A DNA stretch of 64,000 nucleotides from assembly GCA_036559585.1 (NCBI GenBank), contig DATBSU010000029.1, positions 239 through 64,238 of the forward strand, read 5' to 3'. The number at the start of each line of letters is the position of its first letter. The first letter of the stretch is position 1. Made by a program: the position numbers and the translations under genes. Shown here piece after piece: positions 63,533 through 64,000 of this stretch. The DNA comes from Methyloceanibacter sp. Its GTDB lineage: Bacteria > Pseudomonadota > Alphaproteobacteria > Rhizobiales > Methyloligellaceae. The notes under the pieces were generated by a model. It made no database searches, had not been told where the DNA came from, and saw nothing but the letters and a program-made list of their open reading frames with translations.

Positions 63533-63724
63533 CTAGCGTTTGAAGATGGATTCCGCAGCGCTCTTCGAGGATTGCTTCACGTCGAGTTGGGTCTCGACGC
63601 GCGCGATCTCCGCTTTCAGAGTCTCGATCAATGCCGCGAGCTCGCCGACCGAGAGCTTGGCGAGATCCTGGCCAAGCTCATAGGCCTTGGCCTTCTTCTT
63701 CGGCTCGAGATCCTCGATGTCCAT
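63533..63724 (-). CDS. DUF1192 family protein
   Basis: GQDL..LSV.EL...I..L.AEI.R...K..S..AAE..FK. Confidence 0.88.
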   Translation of the reverse strand: MDIEDLEPKKKAKAYELGQDLAKLSVGELAALIETLKAEIARVETQLDVKQSSKSAAESIFKR

Positions 63725-63800
63725 AGCTCTTCCCTTTGTCAGCGAAGCATCCTAGCACCTTGACCAAACCGACCCAACGCCACTCGAGGGATGATTTCAA

Positions 63801-64000
63801 ATGCTGCCAAAGGCCATGACCATCATCGAGGCGCGAGCGCCTGGCGGACCAGAAATGTTGGTCCCCGCCGAGCGGCCAGTGCCGCAGCCAGGGGCCGGCG
63901 AGGTCCTGATCAAGGTCGAAGCCGCCGGCATCAACCGGCCCGACGTGCTGCAGCGCCAAGGTCTCTATCCGGCGCCGAAAGGCGCCTCCGATCTACTCGG
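63801..64000 (+). CDS. NAD(P)H-quinone oxidoreductase (MDR/zeta-crystallin family), partial
   Basis: MLPKAMTIIEARAPGGPEML...PGAGEVLIKVEAAGINRPDVLQRQGLYPAPKGASDLL; runs off window end. Confidence 0.9.
   Translation, partial: MLPKAMTIIEARAPGGPEMLVPAERPVPQPGAGEVLIKVEAAGINRPDVLQRQGLYPAPKGASDLL

Overview
GC-rich alphaproteobacterial chromosomal segment. Gene order, the 6S RNA, rcdA and CtrA-like boxes point to Hyphomicrobiales/Rhizobiales (Methyloceanibacter/Hyphomicrobiaceae-like; taxon is an inference). The backbone is housekeeping: thiC with a TPP riboswitch, purA, serC, glmM, folP, ftsH, tilS, cpoB-pal-tolBARQ-ybgC, ruvBAC, yebC, ymdB, ssrS, zapA, efp, suhB, a motA/motB-like pair, rpmE and rcdA. 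Accessory genes are interspersed. The best candidate for an undescribed system is a translationally coupled three-gene cassette between ymdB and yebC: an unusually short cytochrome P450 lacking ExxR, a stand-alone acyl carrier protein, and a Ser alpha/beta-hydrolase. Other notable items: an exported caspase-family protease with an articulin/alveolin-like VPV-repeat tail; a poly-HAMP/GAF sensor joined directly to an HWE kinase-REC; a 704-aa exported Cys/His (NlpC/P60-like) protein next to lprI- and dacB-like genes; a multiply deleted outer-membrane protein pseudogene; several unannotated small ORFs; and apparent gaps in usually conserved gene order (tkt-gap-pgk-fba, serA, ygfA). I saw no tRNA/rRNA, IS, integrase, prophage or CRISPR. 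All calls come from motif recognition by eye, without database searches.
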